Of a stretch of 64,000 bases of DNA, positions 40,082 through 50,565 are shown one piece after another. Both the position numbers and the translations under genes were made by a program. The notes below the pieces were generated by a model. That model saw nothing but the letters and a program-made list of their open reading frames with translations. It did no database searches and was not told where the DNA came from. The first letter of the stretch is position 1; each line of letters begins with the position of its first letter. Source of the DNA: an uncultured Acidobacteriota bacterium. GTDB lineage: Bacteria; Acidobacteriota; Blastocatellia; RBC074. Location of the stretch: assembly GCA_963796275.1 (NCBI GenBank), contig CAWCKY010000003.1:832001-896000 (forward strand), read 5' to 3'.

Positions 40082-42385
40082 TCACCCGGTTTGTGCGTTA
40101 AGGCGGATCAACCCCGCAATAGTTGCCGCAAGATTTTCGGGTTCCACCGGTTTCGTCACATGTTTTTGGAAGCCGGAAGTGAGCGCTTTCATTCTATCTT
40201 CAGACCTCGCATATCCCGTCAGTGCAATCGCGGGTATATTTCCGCCATGTTCCGAGCTGAGCGCCCTCACTTCTCGTATCAATTCATAGCCGTCACGGCC
40301 CGGCATTCCGATGTCAGAGACCAACACATCGGGCTGCCACTCCTTCAATGCCTCGATTCCTTCGGGGGTCGAGCCGACTCCTCGCACTTCGGCGCCGTAT
40401 TGCAGCAGAATTGCCGTCAGCAGTTCACGAGCGTCGGCATCGTCGTCTACAATCAGCACTTGAACGCCGGCCAGTTCCCAGCAGGCCTCCGCCGGTATCC
40501 CTACTTCACCCTTCACCGTTAATCTCGGCTTCTGAAGCCGATTAGTGATGCCTCCTTTTTCTTCCCGTAGAACCGCCAGCGGGAGTTTTACGGTGAAGGT
40601 CGCGCCGAGACCCTCGCCGGGGCTATCCGCGACTACCGACCCGCCGTGTAACTCCACCAGATGGCGCACGATCGCCAGTCCAAGGCCGAGGCCTCCGTAT
40701 TTGCGTGTCGTTGAACTGTCGGCCTGACGAAATCGCTCGAATACATATGGCAGGAACTCTTTACTTATCCCCTGTCCCGTATCGCTCACCCTGATTTCGA
40801 CGTGGTGTGAGTTCATACGTTCCAATGTGACATGCACACTCCCGCCTTCGGGAGAGAACTTGATGGCATTCGAGAGCAGGTTCCAAACCACTTGTTGCAA
40901 CCTGCTCGTGTCACCGAGGACCATGTTCGAGGCGGGGTCGAGCGCCGCCTCCAGCTCCACACCGCGCGCATCAGCCGTTGGGCGCAGAGAATCGATGGCC
41001 GCTTCGATTGCGGGGGCGATTTCGATCGGTGAGACATGGAGGAGAATTTTGCCGGTGATGATACGCGAGACGTCGAGGATGTCTTCGATGATCTGCTCCT
41101 GCGCCTTGGCGCTCCGCACTATTATTTCGACCGCGTGCGACGCGCTCGCACTGTCGAGTCGGCCGGTGCACAGCAGCCGTGACCATCCGAAGATGGCATT
41201 GAGCGGGGTGCGCAATTCGTGAGAGACGGTGGCCAGAAACTCGTCCTTCAACCTGTTGGCTGTCTCCGCCTCCTGGCGAGCCTTGCGCGCAGCCTCGTAT
41301 AAACGGGCATTATCCATCGCGATAGCCGCCTGTCCGGCGAGGCCGGTTACGATGCGCTCATGCCTTTCGGTGAATATGCCCGGTTCGGAGTGCGCGAAAA
41401 AGAGTCCGCCGATGACTTCACCCGATCGGGAGATTACCGGTACGGCTAAATAGCTCGTCACCGGCAGATGCCCCTCGGGCATTCCGTAGTATGGTGAGTT
41501 CTTGCCATAGCGCGGATCTTTTTTGACATCGGCCATGCGAATCACACCTTCGCCGCGATAGGTGGGCCCGAAGAGATCGGTTGCGCGCGGCATCGGAAAG
41601 TGATCAAAGTGCTCGCGGCTTGCACCGGAAAGCGTATAAAGTTTGTAAAAAGAGCCGCGTTCGTCCCTGACGTTGTAAAAAAATGTACCGAATTGTGCAT
41701 CGGTGATCTCGGTGCCGGCATCGGTCAGAGCCTGCACCAGCTGTTGCAACTCCAGTTCTGCAGAAAGCATCTGGCCGACCTTGTTGATGGTCTCGAGAGC
41801 TTCGCGCTCCTCCTCGAACTGCGTCCTGGCCATCTCGACGATCGCCGATAATTGATATTGTGCCGCCTCCGCCTGACAAATTTTATGAGAGGCCATCGCG
41901 TGCTGGATTGCGATTGCGCCCAGATGAGAGACCCCGATCAGCTTCCTCTTGTCATCCGCTGTAAATCGGCGTCTATTTTTTTTGTTGTGAACTTCGAAGA
42001 AACCCAGCAGCTCTCCGCTCCCATCGGTTATCGGTATGGAGAGGGCGGATTTGATGCCAAACTTCGCGCAATATTCGTGATCCATTTGATCATCACGCGG
42101 CGCTTCGTTTGTGAGGTATGGCTCCTTATGCTCGATCAGCCAGCCGGGCAGGCCTTGTCCGCGCGGCCAGCAATATTCGAAAGGCAGCTCGTTGCCCTTT
42201 CGGAAATATTTGTGACAGACCATTCCCTTGTCTGTGAGGAGTCCCGTGAGACCGCTCTCGGCCTCAGCCAGACCGATCGCCTCTCTCAACAGATCGTCCA
42301 TCAGCGGCGATAAATCGGAAATTGAATTGAGTTTCTCACTAATGCGAAGTAAACACTCGATAGTCCCTTTGTCGTCAGACGCCAT
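40082..42385 (-). CDS. hybrid sensor histidine kinase (GAF-GAF-HisKA-HATPase-REC)
   Basis: SHELRTPL, NLLSNAIKF, DTGQG, GGLGLGL, IVDDD, SDIGMP, KPV. Confidence 0.95.
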   Translation of the reverse strand: MASDDKGTIECLLRISEKLNSISDLSPLMDDLLREAIGLAEAESGLTGLLTDKGMVCHKYFRKGNELPFEYCWPRGQGLPGWLIEHKEPYLTNEAPRDDQMDHEYCAKFGIKSALSIPITDGSGELLGFFEVHNKKNRRRFTADDKRKLIGVSHLGAIAIQHAMASHKICQAEAAQYQLSAIVEMARTQFEEEREALETINKVGQMLSAELELQQLVQALTDAGTEITDAQFGTFFYNVRDERGSFYKLYTLSGASREHFDHFPMPRATDLFGPTYRGEGVIRMADVKKDPRYGKNSPYYGMPEGHLPVTSYLAVPVISRSGEVIGGLFFAHSEPGIFTERHERIVTGLAGQAAIAMDNARLYEAARKARQEAETANRLKDEFLATVSHELRTPLNAIFGWSRLLCTGRLDSASASHAVEIIVRSAKAQEQIIEDILDVSRIITGKILLHVSPIEIAPAIEAAIDSLRPTADARGVELEAALDPASNMVLGDTSRLQQVVWNLLSNAIKFSPEGGSVHVTLERMNSHHVEIRVSDTGQGISKEFLPYVFERFRQADSSTTRKYGGLGLGLAIVRHLVELHGGSVVADSPGEGLGATFTVKLPLAVLREEKGGITNRLQKPRLTVKGEVGIPAEACWELAGVQVLIVDDDADARELLTAILLQYGAEVRGVGSTPEGIEALKEWQPDVLVSDIGMPGRDGYELIREVRALSSEHGGNIPAIALTGYARSEDRMKALTSGFQKHVTKPVEPENLAATIAGLIRLNAQTG

Positions 42386-42666
42386 TCTACTCCTCGCTTG
42401 TACTCTCTACACGGGGATGATTCGGCACTACACAGCCCTATTCGCGCAAAGTGCACGAAGTTATTCGGGTGTTCTTTTTTTGGGCCGCCATCCGACTGGC
42501 GGGGTTACTGGGGAGTGCAGGTAAATTATATCCTAGCTAAGTTCTTTAAACCTCTCATTGTTACCAAATATTTGTAAGCTGAATTTTGAAAATGCGATCC
42601 GATCTTACCGCGCGACCGGAGGATCGTAATTCGAAATCCAGTTTTCAAAATCGGCGAACTCTGATT

Positions 42667-43529
42667 TTACTTAGCATCAGCGTTCCGTTCGATATCCACA
42701 ATCCCTTGCCTGAAGGTTTCAAGCATTTGCTGCGCTGATTCAAAGGCTTCGTCGAGCTCGATAGCTTCCGAGGCCATTCCGGAGGCCAGCGCTGACGGTT
42801 CCGTCAGAATCCGTAGCACGACCTGGCGACTTTGATCGGACATTATCAGGGCGAGATCGCGACCGAGCAACCTGGCGCTCGTCATTTCAAAGCTTATGAA
42901 TTTTTCATCATCCAGTAGATCGGCGTGCTCACCAGCATCCAACCGGGCTTCGTTACCTGCCCGCAGATACTCGGATAATATAAGCTTTAGATCTTGGCAT
43001 CTTTCGAATTGCGCCGTTCCTTCCAGGCTATGAGTTTCATCAGCGTGAGGCCGGCAAGCGAGCTTACGGAAACTACCAGGTCGGTGGCGAAACGGACATT
43101 TATCGCATTACGATACGCCTCTTCAAAACCGAGGGCGCTCATGACAACAGAGTTATCGGGCGCCCATGTTATATTTCTCGTCACGGAATCCTCAACCCCT
43201 CCAAAGGGGACGACGTCTATGAAAATTCCCTGGACTGAATGGAGCCGCTCGGGCCGGTCGAGATCGGAGGTGTACCTACCAGTACCCGTCAGCGAATGTT
43301 TTACGGCTTCGAACTGATTCCAGGTCTCCACCCGAATTCCGAGGTCTATATCGTTGGTCGCTCGATACGCCGGAATTCTGTAATACATATCCAACAATAA
43401 ATCACGCGCGCACGCCCCCACGATGAAAAAAGGGATGCCGAGGGCGGCGCTTGCGTCCGCCAGGTCTCTGAAAACTAGTTCCCTGACGGGATCAAGTTTC
43501 CCCGAAAGATCGAATAATGTATCGATCAT
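42667..43529 (-). CDS. AbiEii-type nucleotidyltransferase toxin of a type IV TA system (1-nt deletion near 42994)
   Basis: IVGACARD, RATNDID (G-A..D.D NTase motif), IDVVPFG, MKL.AW.ER. Restoring one A gives KDAKDLKLILSEYLRAGNEARL, continuing into the 42667-42942 ORF. Confidence 0.82.
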
Positions 43530-44538
43530 AAATCATTCCAGCCGTCTCTATGTTCCGCTCATCTCCGCTCGCCATCAGGTCGGCGTACACCAGAAGTGCG
43601 GGTGCGGTGTCCGGATGATCGGAATTGCGGTCAAATGCCCAGAACTTCTTCAACAATTCGATGTCGCCGTTTTTGTCCGGTCGAAACCTGTACCTCAATT
43701 GCACGGCCGCCAGTTTATTGGACGAATAAATGGTTTTGACTTGCGGTCTGAGGTATCTGGTCAGTTTTGCGGCCGCGACCTCTCCGCTCCAGCAGGCGTT
43801 CATCTCCTCCAACTTTACTTCTTTCCACCAATCGGGATTCTCCGAGCTGAAGCGGGAAATCAATAATTTCGGTCTCAGACGTTCCGAATAGGCTTCGCCC
43901 CATCGTCTGATCAACTCCTCGTGTTTCATCAGCCTGCGCTCTCTACCCTCCCGGTTAATCAGATAACCCGCGCTTTTCAGGTCCTCCATCACCTGGCTCA
44001 CCGCGCCTAAAGAAACATCGGCAGCCGTGCCGATATCACGGTAAGACGAAGCGGCAAGCGCCGGCCTGCACAGCAGAGCAAAAAGTACCCTGATCCCCGT
44101 CGATGAAAAAAATCGCGCCGGCCTCGATTTGACCACTCCTTCCGAGCGACGGTTTCCCGTGATCAGAACAAACAGGGGCGGCTGATTAAGGAATGCATTA
44201 CCCGCTATATCGATGAACTGCGTGTTAGCCCGCCTCAGTTTCTCCGCCTGTTGAGGCGTCACATATCGGGTAATCAGAACTCCCGGCTGCGATCTCGCCT
44301 CTCTCAACTCCGTTATCACATAACCTAAAATGTCGTTCGTCAAATTCTTCTTTATGATGGCAGAGAATGCCCATCGTTGATCTTCAACGGTGAGCCCGAT
44401 TATCGCAGCAGTTTCCCCACCAGCCATCTTTGCCGGAAGCTTTAACCGAGCATCGAGTCCGGTGGATTCCTTTAATGACGCAATCGCCTTCTCAAGTATT
44501 TCTCGTTCCGGATCGGTCATCTCGGCATTTTTGTGCAC
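43492..44538 (-). CDS. AbiEi-type antitoxin (HTH-containing) of a type IV TA system
   Basis: QFIDIAGNAFL, HTH SYRDIGTAADVSLGAV, WSGEVAA, LLVYADL..SGDERN.ETA; AGGAGG RBS before GTG 44538; overlaps the toxin start. Confidence 0.85.
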   Translation of the reverse strand: MHKNAEMTDPEREILEKAIASLKESTGLDARLKLPAKMAGGETAAIIGLTVEDQRWAFSAIIKKNLTNDILGYVITELREARSQPGVLITRYVTPQQAEKLRRANTQFIDIAGNAFLNQPPLFVLITGNRRSEGVVKSRPARFFSSTGIRVLFALLCRPALAASSYRDIGTAADVSLGAVSQVMEDLKSAGYLINREGRERRLMKHEELIRRWGEAYSERLRPKLLISRFSSENPDWWKEVKLEEMNACWSGEVAAAKLTRYLRPQVKTIYSSNKLAAVQLRYRFRPDKNGDIELLKKFWAFDRNSDHPDTAPALLVYADLMASGDERNIETAGMIYDRYIIRSFGET

Positions 44539-44603
44539 TTTTACCTCCTGTTCATTACTTGTGAACACTGGGAAATTGTGAACAGGTAGTTTATTATTGT
44601 CAA
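44531..44603 (-). promoter_or_regulatory. sigma70 promoter and candidate antitoxin operator
   Basis: Minus strand TTGACA-N17-CACAAT (44603-44575); plus-strand TTGTGAACA at 44559 and 44576, inverted TGTTCA at 44549. Confidence 0.7.
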
Positions 44604-44791
44604 TATAGAAAATGGACGCCGGATAAGAAGCGGGCATTTAAAATCGAGGGTTCTAAAATTATAATTTATTGCCTCCGGATCAAACCTATCAAAACAATCC
44701 ATCCCCAACAGAGATGAACATATTTTCCGGGGTTCCCATTATCGATCGAGACCATTCTCGACTGGAAAATATTGGGTAAGGAGGGTTGACC

Positions 44792-45196
44792 ATGGAATCT
44801 CTGACGATTGAGGAGATTTTCAAGCAATTTGCCGGATATGTCGCACTGATGATGGAGGTCATCTCGGTAATTCTCATCGCGATTGGTGCGATAGAAGCAA
44901 TTCGTTACCTGATGCGACCGAAATACGATCCGCACATACCATTCGGCTGGATGAGAGAGGTATTTCTCCACTTAGGATAATGGCTGCTGCTGGGCCTCGA
45001 GTTTGCACTGGCGGCTGACATCGTGCGAACCGCCATATCGCCTACCTGGGTACAGGTCGGTCAGTTGGCAGCGATTGCCGCCATCAGGACGGGTCTCAAC
45101 TACTTCCTTGAAAAGGACGTAGAGAAGTTTTCGGAAAAAGCGGCTATCGCGGGAGAGAAACGGGAATCCGTTCGAGAAGTTGGGGCGAGGGCATAG
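44792..45196 (+). pseudogene. DUF1622 membrane protein with an in-frame stop (TAA 44978-44980)
   Basis: Reading through the stop gives LG*WLLLGLEFALAADIVRTAISPTW..GQLAAIAAIRT.LNYFLEKD, the DUF1622 signature. Confidence 0.8.
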
Positions 45197-45216
45197 GATG
45201 AGATACCGAACCGAAA

Positions 45217-45675
45217 CTATTTCTTCGTGATAATCAGAAGGGCTTTATATTCGTGAGATTGAAGGGAGTCATTCGGCCTCGGGCGCGGCTTCAACGCAAC
45301 CAGCCTGATATCGTAGTTCAGATATGAAGAACCCTTAGGATCAACGTCGGTGTTTAGCTCGATGGTCGCAGGCGCTTGCTTCTGTTTGCTTGATTTGAGC
45401 TTGATCTTCGCGTTGCCCGACCAGATGCAGTCCACGCCTTCCGGGCAGCGGCTGTCCTCAATCACCGATTCAAACGCGACTGCCAAACCTTCGCTTTCAA
45501 TCATCGCCTCCTGATCGATCTTCAGCTCGAACTCTTCGCCTACTCTAACCACATCCGCCTTCCTCGATTGCTGCGCGAACAAGATGGCGGAGGAAAAAAG
45601 AAAGGCAAAGAGGGCGATGTATCCCAAAAATAGCTTGTTTCCCCTCACTTTGCCTTCTTTGTTTCCTCTTTGCAT
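45217..45675 (-). CDS. exported hypothetical protein
   Basis: Signal peptide; EDSRCPEGVDCIWSG motif. Confidence 0.8.
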   Translation of the reverse strand: MQRGNKEGKVRGNKLFLGYIALFAFLFSSAILFAQQSRKADVVRVGEEFELKIDQEAMIESEGLAVAFESVIEDSRCPEGVDCIWSGNAKIKLKSSKQKQAPATIELNTDVDPKGSSYLNYDIRLVALKPRPRPNDSLQSHEYKALLIITKK

Positions 45676-46003
45676 TTGCTTTACGGGAGACGACAGCTAA
45701 ACGGCTGGAGTCTCCGGCCCTAAGAATCAAAGACGTCGAATATCAGCTCCGCCGGACCGTTATCGTAATAATTCAGCAATAAGGTTCAGCGACGCCGTTA
45801 GCTATATGGTAAAGGCAAACCCGAACATTATTCAATGTCATGCAGGCTGTGCGCATCCGTCCAAGCGTGCCAGGCTTAATCTATCGGCTTTTGATAGAAC
45901 CCAGCACGCTGGATGGAAGCGTGCTGCTATGGTTTCGCCAGCGGACCATGGATGGATACCGGCACGCTGGAAGATTCTACTAGCGAATTCGTTTATCTGG
46001 GAT

Positions 46004-46151
46004 CGCCAGAGGCGCGATATGTTTATAGATTTTTTCGTAATAGTGCCCCAGCTCCGGAGCAGCGGCATATAAAACGGCATCATATGTCGCTCCTCCGGGG
46101 CTGGAGATATTTACTTGCCATGTTCTATAAACGTAACGCTCCTCCGGAGCT
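46004..46151. repeat. ~150-bp REPIN/MITE-like element, copy 1
   Basis: GCTCCGGAGCAGCGGCATAT/ATATGTCGCTCCTCCGGGGC core flanked by GTTTATAG and CTATAAAC and terminal short palindromes. Confidence 0.7.
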
Positions 46152-46350
46152 AAGAGCCGATAATTTCATTTTCTGAATTCGCCAGCAGAATCGTCCGGCC
46201 TGCGCTTTCGCGTGCTCGCATCCGAATGATCTACGGCGTGCCCGGCGATCACTTACTGGCGTGGCCAGTGAAATGTCGCCGGGACATCCGTCAATCGTTT
46301 CGGTGATAACGGCGCGGAGAGTGATCGGGCGGCCGTTCGTTAATCACCGT

Positions 46351-49300
46351 TTATCGTAGACGCAACGATGAAGTCGCGCTCCCCTGCGTCTGAGGTTGCT
46401 GGTCGTGTGTAGTCGGTATAGTGACCGTCACCGAGAAATTTCTGACGGTCGTCGACCCGTCCTGTCTGGTCCCTTTGATCCAGACGGTCGTGATCCCGAT
46501 CGGGAAGAACGAACCGGAAGGAGGATCGCTGGTCACCACGCCGCAGCTTCCCGCGAAGGTTGGCGCCGGATAATTGACGAAGGCGCCGCTCAGGCCCGGG
46601 GTCCTGTTCACGAGAATGTTTGCCACTCTGTTCAGTGTACAGGGCGAATTGCAGCAGGACGGATCAGTAGTAGTGACGTTCAGCTGCCACCCGCCGTTGA
46701 TATTTCCGACGAAACCGCCGACATCGTCAACCGCAAACAGGCTCCACGTCCCATTGGGATTCAAGGCGTTGAAGATCGAGAGCAGTTGCGGGTCGGGATA
46801 CGGCCCGGCGGGCGCCGGGGCAGGGAAGAGATCGCCCGCTCCGATGTTTGTCGGTCTGAATGTGCCGGAGACGATCGCTGGGCCAATTGAGCCAGCTGTG
46901 TCATCGAATGTCAGATTGGCATTGGCCACGCTTATGCCCGACCCAAGGTCGGACATAAGGAGCAGTTTCTGCCCTCCCGGCCCGACCAGCAGAACATCGA
47001 CATCGTCGGGGAAACTGCTGAAGTTGAAGTCGAAGAGGTTCGCCGTCACCTTGCTTATCATACCGGTGACGCCTGAGACCTCAATGGATGACGGATAAGG
47101 ATTGGCCGGCGCTCCCGTTCCGGCGCCTGTGCCGGTCCCCGGGATGAGGATCGAGGCGAGGTTGGAGAAAGACGATGTGGCGGAAATCGTCGAGCCGACC
47201 GTCATAGTGAAGTTCACCGTGCCGAGACTCATAGCGCCGTCCTGCAGCGCCAGGGTCGCCGTGAGATTGCCGCCGCAGACCCCGGCAGCCGTGAAGGTGA
47301 AGGGCCGGGCGACCGCCGGACCGCCCGGAATCAGGACTCCGTAAGCCTGCGGGGCGCTCGGCGCGAGGACCCCGCCGCCGGCGAGCAGCGTGGCGGTCAG
47401 GTTGGTGGTATTGCCCGTGCCGATGTTCAGGAGCGGGAAGGCGGCCGTCACGGTCTCGTCCGCATCGGGCGCGCCGTTGCCGGGAGCGCAACTCTCGTTG
47501 GTCACCGTGACGGGCGGCGCCGCCTGCATCTCAGGCGTCCCGGGCACGCCGCAGCAGGCGAACCGCTGGCGGGAGATTTCGAGTGTGACGCACCCGACCG
47601 TCCCGACATCCGCGGGCCCGACGTCCGCTATTCTCAAGATCCAGGTCCCGGATACGGGCTTGCCGTTGAAGGCCGATAACGGCGAGTCGGGTCTGAACGG
47701 GCCCGCAAAGGGAGCCGCGCCCGCGCCGATCGTGATCAGCGCCGAATCATCAAAGACCGTCGGGGTGCCCGAACAATCGTTCGCCCCCGATCCGAAGTTG
47801 TCGCCGTTGCCCCCGCGGTTATTGGCGAGCGCGACCGCCGTCCCGTCCGGTCCGATCAGCGTCATCACCAGGTCGCCATCGAAGGTGTGGTTCAAACGAA
47901 GCCTGAGGTTGACATCCGCCACCGCGCCGACATCAGTCACGTTGATCGGGATGTCCAGCGTGCCGAGGTCGGGAATCGACGTTGCGATATTGCCGCTGCT
48001 GTAATTGGTGGTGATGGTGACCACCGGTCGGCCGACCTGCAGGTTGAAAGTCCTGGTCACTGTACCGAAGCTGCTGGTGATGTCCACGGTCACCGGCAAT
48101 TGGCTTCCGCAGTCGGCGTCCGGCGGGACGGTGAAGGGAACGCCGCGCGAGGCCGTCGCTCCGCCCGGAATGTCACCGTAGCTGATCGGGCTGCCGCCGT
48201 TTACCGAGATGGTCACCTCGCTCGCCCCCACCGAGCAGAACGGATTGCTGAGCGGGATGTTCAGCGTCAGCGTTTCGCCCGGATCGGCGAATCCGTCGGG
48301 CGGCGGGCAGGAATCGTCCGTTATCGTCACCGCGCCCACATTTAGATTGGGCGTGTCGAAAGCCTCGACCACCGAGGGCGAGCTGGAAGAGATAGCGCTG
48401 GCGCTGGCGCCCATGCCGCGGGCGGCGAATCCGCTCCAGATGTCCAGTTCATCCTCACCGCCGAAGGCGCTGCAGCTCGCGCTCAGGATGGAATCGCGCG
48501 CCTGCAGCATGGTCGGATTTGCCGGATCGAGCTTCATCCCGTCCGTCACCAGTTGCAGCGCACGCTGGTTGCCGGCGGCGAATCCCATGCGGTCGACAAT
48601 CCGCGCGCGCACTTCCCACAAAGCGGAGCACCAGACCTCGCCGATGTTGTGCACCTGGAAGGCGGTGCCGGAACCGATCGGCCCGCGCGGGAATGCGCCG
48701 TCGGTGAGATTGATCTGGGCCGGGTCGATGTCGGCGAAGGTCAGCGGATTGTGGGGCCTGCCGTTGGGCCCGACCGTCGAGATCGTCGCGTGCGGGAATC
48801 GCCGAATGCCGTAGTAATAATTGTCGGTAAATCCAGCCACTATCCCGAGGGTCGAATATCCGCCCATGGCGTATATCCCGTGCGGATCATCGCCCGGCCG
48901 AGACAGGAGCGAGAGCGCGTAGAAATCCGACCATCCCTCACCCATTCCGCCCGACATCGGAGCGTTCAGACCCGCGCCGTTATTGTGCAGGCGATTGGAT
49001 GTGCCGTGCGTCAGTTCGTGGATGATGATCTCCTGGTCGAGCCCCGAGGAACGGTCCGGATCCGCGCCGTTGAAGATGTACATCTGCATGCGCCCCGACG
49101 ACCCGTCAGGCGGGGTCGAGAAGTTGGCATTGCTGGTGCCGGAGAAATCCTGCCCCTGGGCCAGGACGCGGTCATTGCCGAGCCCGCCCCGGCCGAAATT
49201 GTCCAGCTGGAAGTTGCGCGCCGCTTCGGTGAAACCGAGCTCGTAGAGCCGGTCGTGATAGCGGTTGACCCAGAAGAACATATTGACGGCTTCGCCCAAA

Positions 49301-50565
49301 CGGTAGGCGGGCAGAGTCGGAGAGTCGCCCGGGGGCGGAATGCCCGGCGCGGGATTGTAAATGAAGTCGAAGACGCGATCGGGCGAGCCGATGGGACGCC
49401 CGTCCGCATCGATGCCGTCTGGCGCGACCAGGTCCATGCCGGAGTCCACATTATTGCCGGTCGTCGTATTGGCGCCGTCGGTGAGCCATCCCAGATTGTT
49501 GAACTCACCCTCGCTGATCAGCGTGAGTGAAGTTCGTGGGATAGCCGCGCCCTGAGTGCCCGAGCCTGGCAGCGCGGTTGTCGGCGAGAGCGGGGCCGGG
49601 CTCCTCCCATCGTAGATCACGTAGGTGGCGGGTTGCGTCTGATCACTGGTGATGTTCTTACGCCACAAAAGCTCGCCCTGTTCGGCGTCCACCAGCGTGT
49701 AGTAGGCCGGCGTTTCCTGCCACAACACCATCGACCAGGCCAGGGTGGCCAATCCCGCGTCCAGCGGGAAGTATTGCAATTCGACCGCGACATCGCCGGT
49801 GAGCCCTCCGGTAGGATGAAAAACGACGGTCCGGCCGTCCGGGGACGACTCTTTTACGGCCAACTGGTCCTCGGTCAAAGTGAGGCCGACCGAAGCCGCG
49901 GCGGCCACCACGGCCTGGGCCGCGCTGATCCGCGGAGTAATCGCCAAGTCCTCCTCCGCCGGTCCGCCCGTGACTTCTCCCACCACCCGCACGAGCTCGC
50001 CGCCGCTGGTGAAGGCAGCCACCACCTCGCCTCGGAATACCCGCATCCCATTCCACCGCTGTTCCATCTTCACCCACGAAAGCCTGCCGTTCGGATTGGT
50101 GTAATCGGCGATCTTCCTGAGGCTATTCAATTGACGCGGGCTCATCCCGAACATATCGGCGTTATCGCTGATGAATCCGCGCATGATGTTCTCGCGCGGC
50201 TGCTGGGAGCGCGCGGTCAATGATCGGCGGCCTTTGCCCCTCATTTCGACGACTTCAGGAGAGTTGGTCAGGCTGGAGATGGCTGCTTGCAGTCCCGGCA
50301 CGCTCCCGGATTTTCTCCCTCGGGCGCTCGTCATCACCTGCTTGAGGTGGGCGTTCTTCTCCCTCTGCCTCGAAGAAAATTTTTCCAGGCGCCGCTCTAA
50401 CCTCGTGACGGCGTCTTTGGTGGTTTGGTCGCGAATATCGAAGTTCTCTTTTGCGACATCGATGGCGGCGGGCCCGGCCGCCTGCATCAGGAAATCCCGG
50501 AACAGAGTTGAAGCCATTAGTGCGACGACGATAGCCGCACAAATCCACAGGGAGGTTTTTTTCAT
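46351..50565 (-). CDS. secreted M36 (fungalysin) metallopeptidase with FTP/PepSY propeptide, two proprotein-convertase P-like domains and a C-terminal HYR-like domain
   Basis: IIHELTHG (HExxH), GEGWSD, HNIGEVW, LNHTFDGDL..L.GPDG, GTWILRI.D, PPSGSFFPIG.T.V. Confidence 0.93.
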   Translation of the reverse strand: MKKTSLWICAAIVVALMASTLFRDFLMQAAGPAAIDVAKENFDIRDQTTKDAVTRLERRLEKFSSRQREKNAHLKQVMTSARGRKSGSVPGLQAAISSLTNSPEVVEMRGKGRRSLTARSQQPRENIMRGFISDNADMFGMSPRQLNSLRKIADYTNPNGRLSWVKMEQRWNGMRVFRGEVVAAFTSGGELVRVVGEVTGGPAEEDLAITPRISAAQAVVAAAASVGLTLTEDQLAVKESSPDGRTVVFHPTGGLTGDVAVELQYFPLDAGLATLAWSMVLWQETPAYYTLVDAEQGELLWRKNITSDQTQPATYVIYDGRSPAPLSPTTALPGSGTQGAAIPRTSLTLISEGEFNNLGWLTDGANTTTGNNVDSGMDLVAPDGIDADGRPIGSPDRVFDFIYNPAPGIPPPGDSPTLPAYRLGEAVNMFFWVNRYHDRLYELGFTEAARNFQLDNFGRGGLGNDRVLAQGQDFSGTSNANFSTPPDGSSGRMQMYIFNGADPDRSSGLDQEIIIHELTHGTSNRLHNNGAGLNAPMSGGMGEGWSDFYALSLLSRPGDDPHGIYAMGGYSTLGIVAGFTDNYYYGIRRFPHATISTVGPNGRPHNPLTFADIDPAQINLTDGAFPRGPIGSGTAFQVHNIGEVWCSALWEVRARIVDRMGFAAGNQRALQLVTDGMKLDPANPTMLQARDSILSASCSAFGGEDELDIWSGFAARGMGASASAISSSSPSVVEAFDTPNLNVGAVTITDDSCPPPDGFADPGETLTLNIPLSNPFCSVGASEVTISVNGGSPISYGDIPGGATASRGVPFTVPPDADCGSQLPVTVDITSSFGTVTRTFNLQVGRPVVTITTNYSSGNIATSIPDLGTLDIPINVTDVGAVADVNLRLRLNHTFDGDLVMTLIGPDGTAVALANNRGGNGDNFGSGANDCSGTPTVFDDSALITIGAGAAPFAGPFRPDSPLSAFNGKPVSGTWILRIADVGPADVGTVGCVTLEISRQRFACCGVPGTPEMQAAPPVTVTNESCAPGNGAPDADETVTAAFPLLNIGTGNTTNLTATLLAGGGVLAPSAPQAYGVLIPGGPAVARPFTFTAAGVCGGNLTATLALQDGAMSLGTVNFTMTVGSTISATSSFSNLASILIPGTGTGAGTGAPANPYPSSIEVSGVTGMISKVTANLFDFNFSSFPDDVDVLLVGPGGQKLLLMSDLGSGISVANANLTFDDTAGSIGPAIVSGTFRPTNIGAGDLFPAPAPAGPYPDPQLLSIFNALNPNGTWSLFAVDDVGGFVGNINGGWQLNVTTTDPSCCNSPCTLNRVANILVNRTPGLSGAFVNYPAPTFAGSCGVVTSDPPSGSFFPIGITTVWIKGTRQDGSTTVRNFSVTVTIPTTHDQQPQTQGSATSSLRLR

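Noticed and set aside
45808-45840. AAAGGCAAACCC resembling the start of a c-di-GMP-I riboswitch
   Set aside because: No GNRA-capped P2 stem or GACGCAAA segment follows, and no sense gene lies directly downstream.
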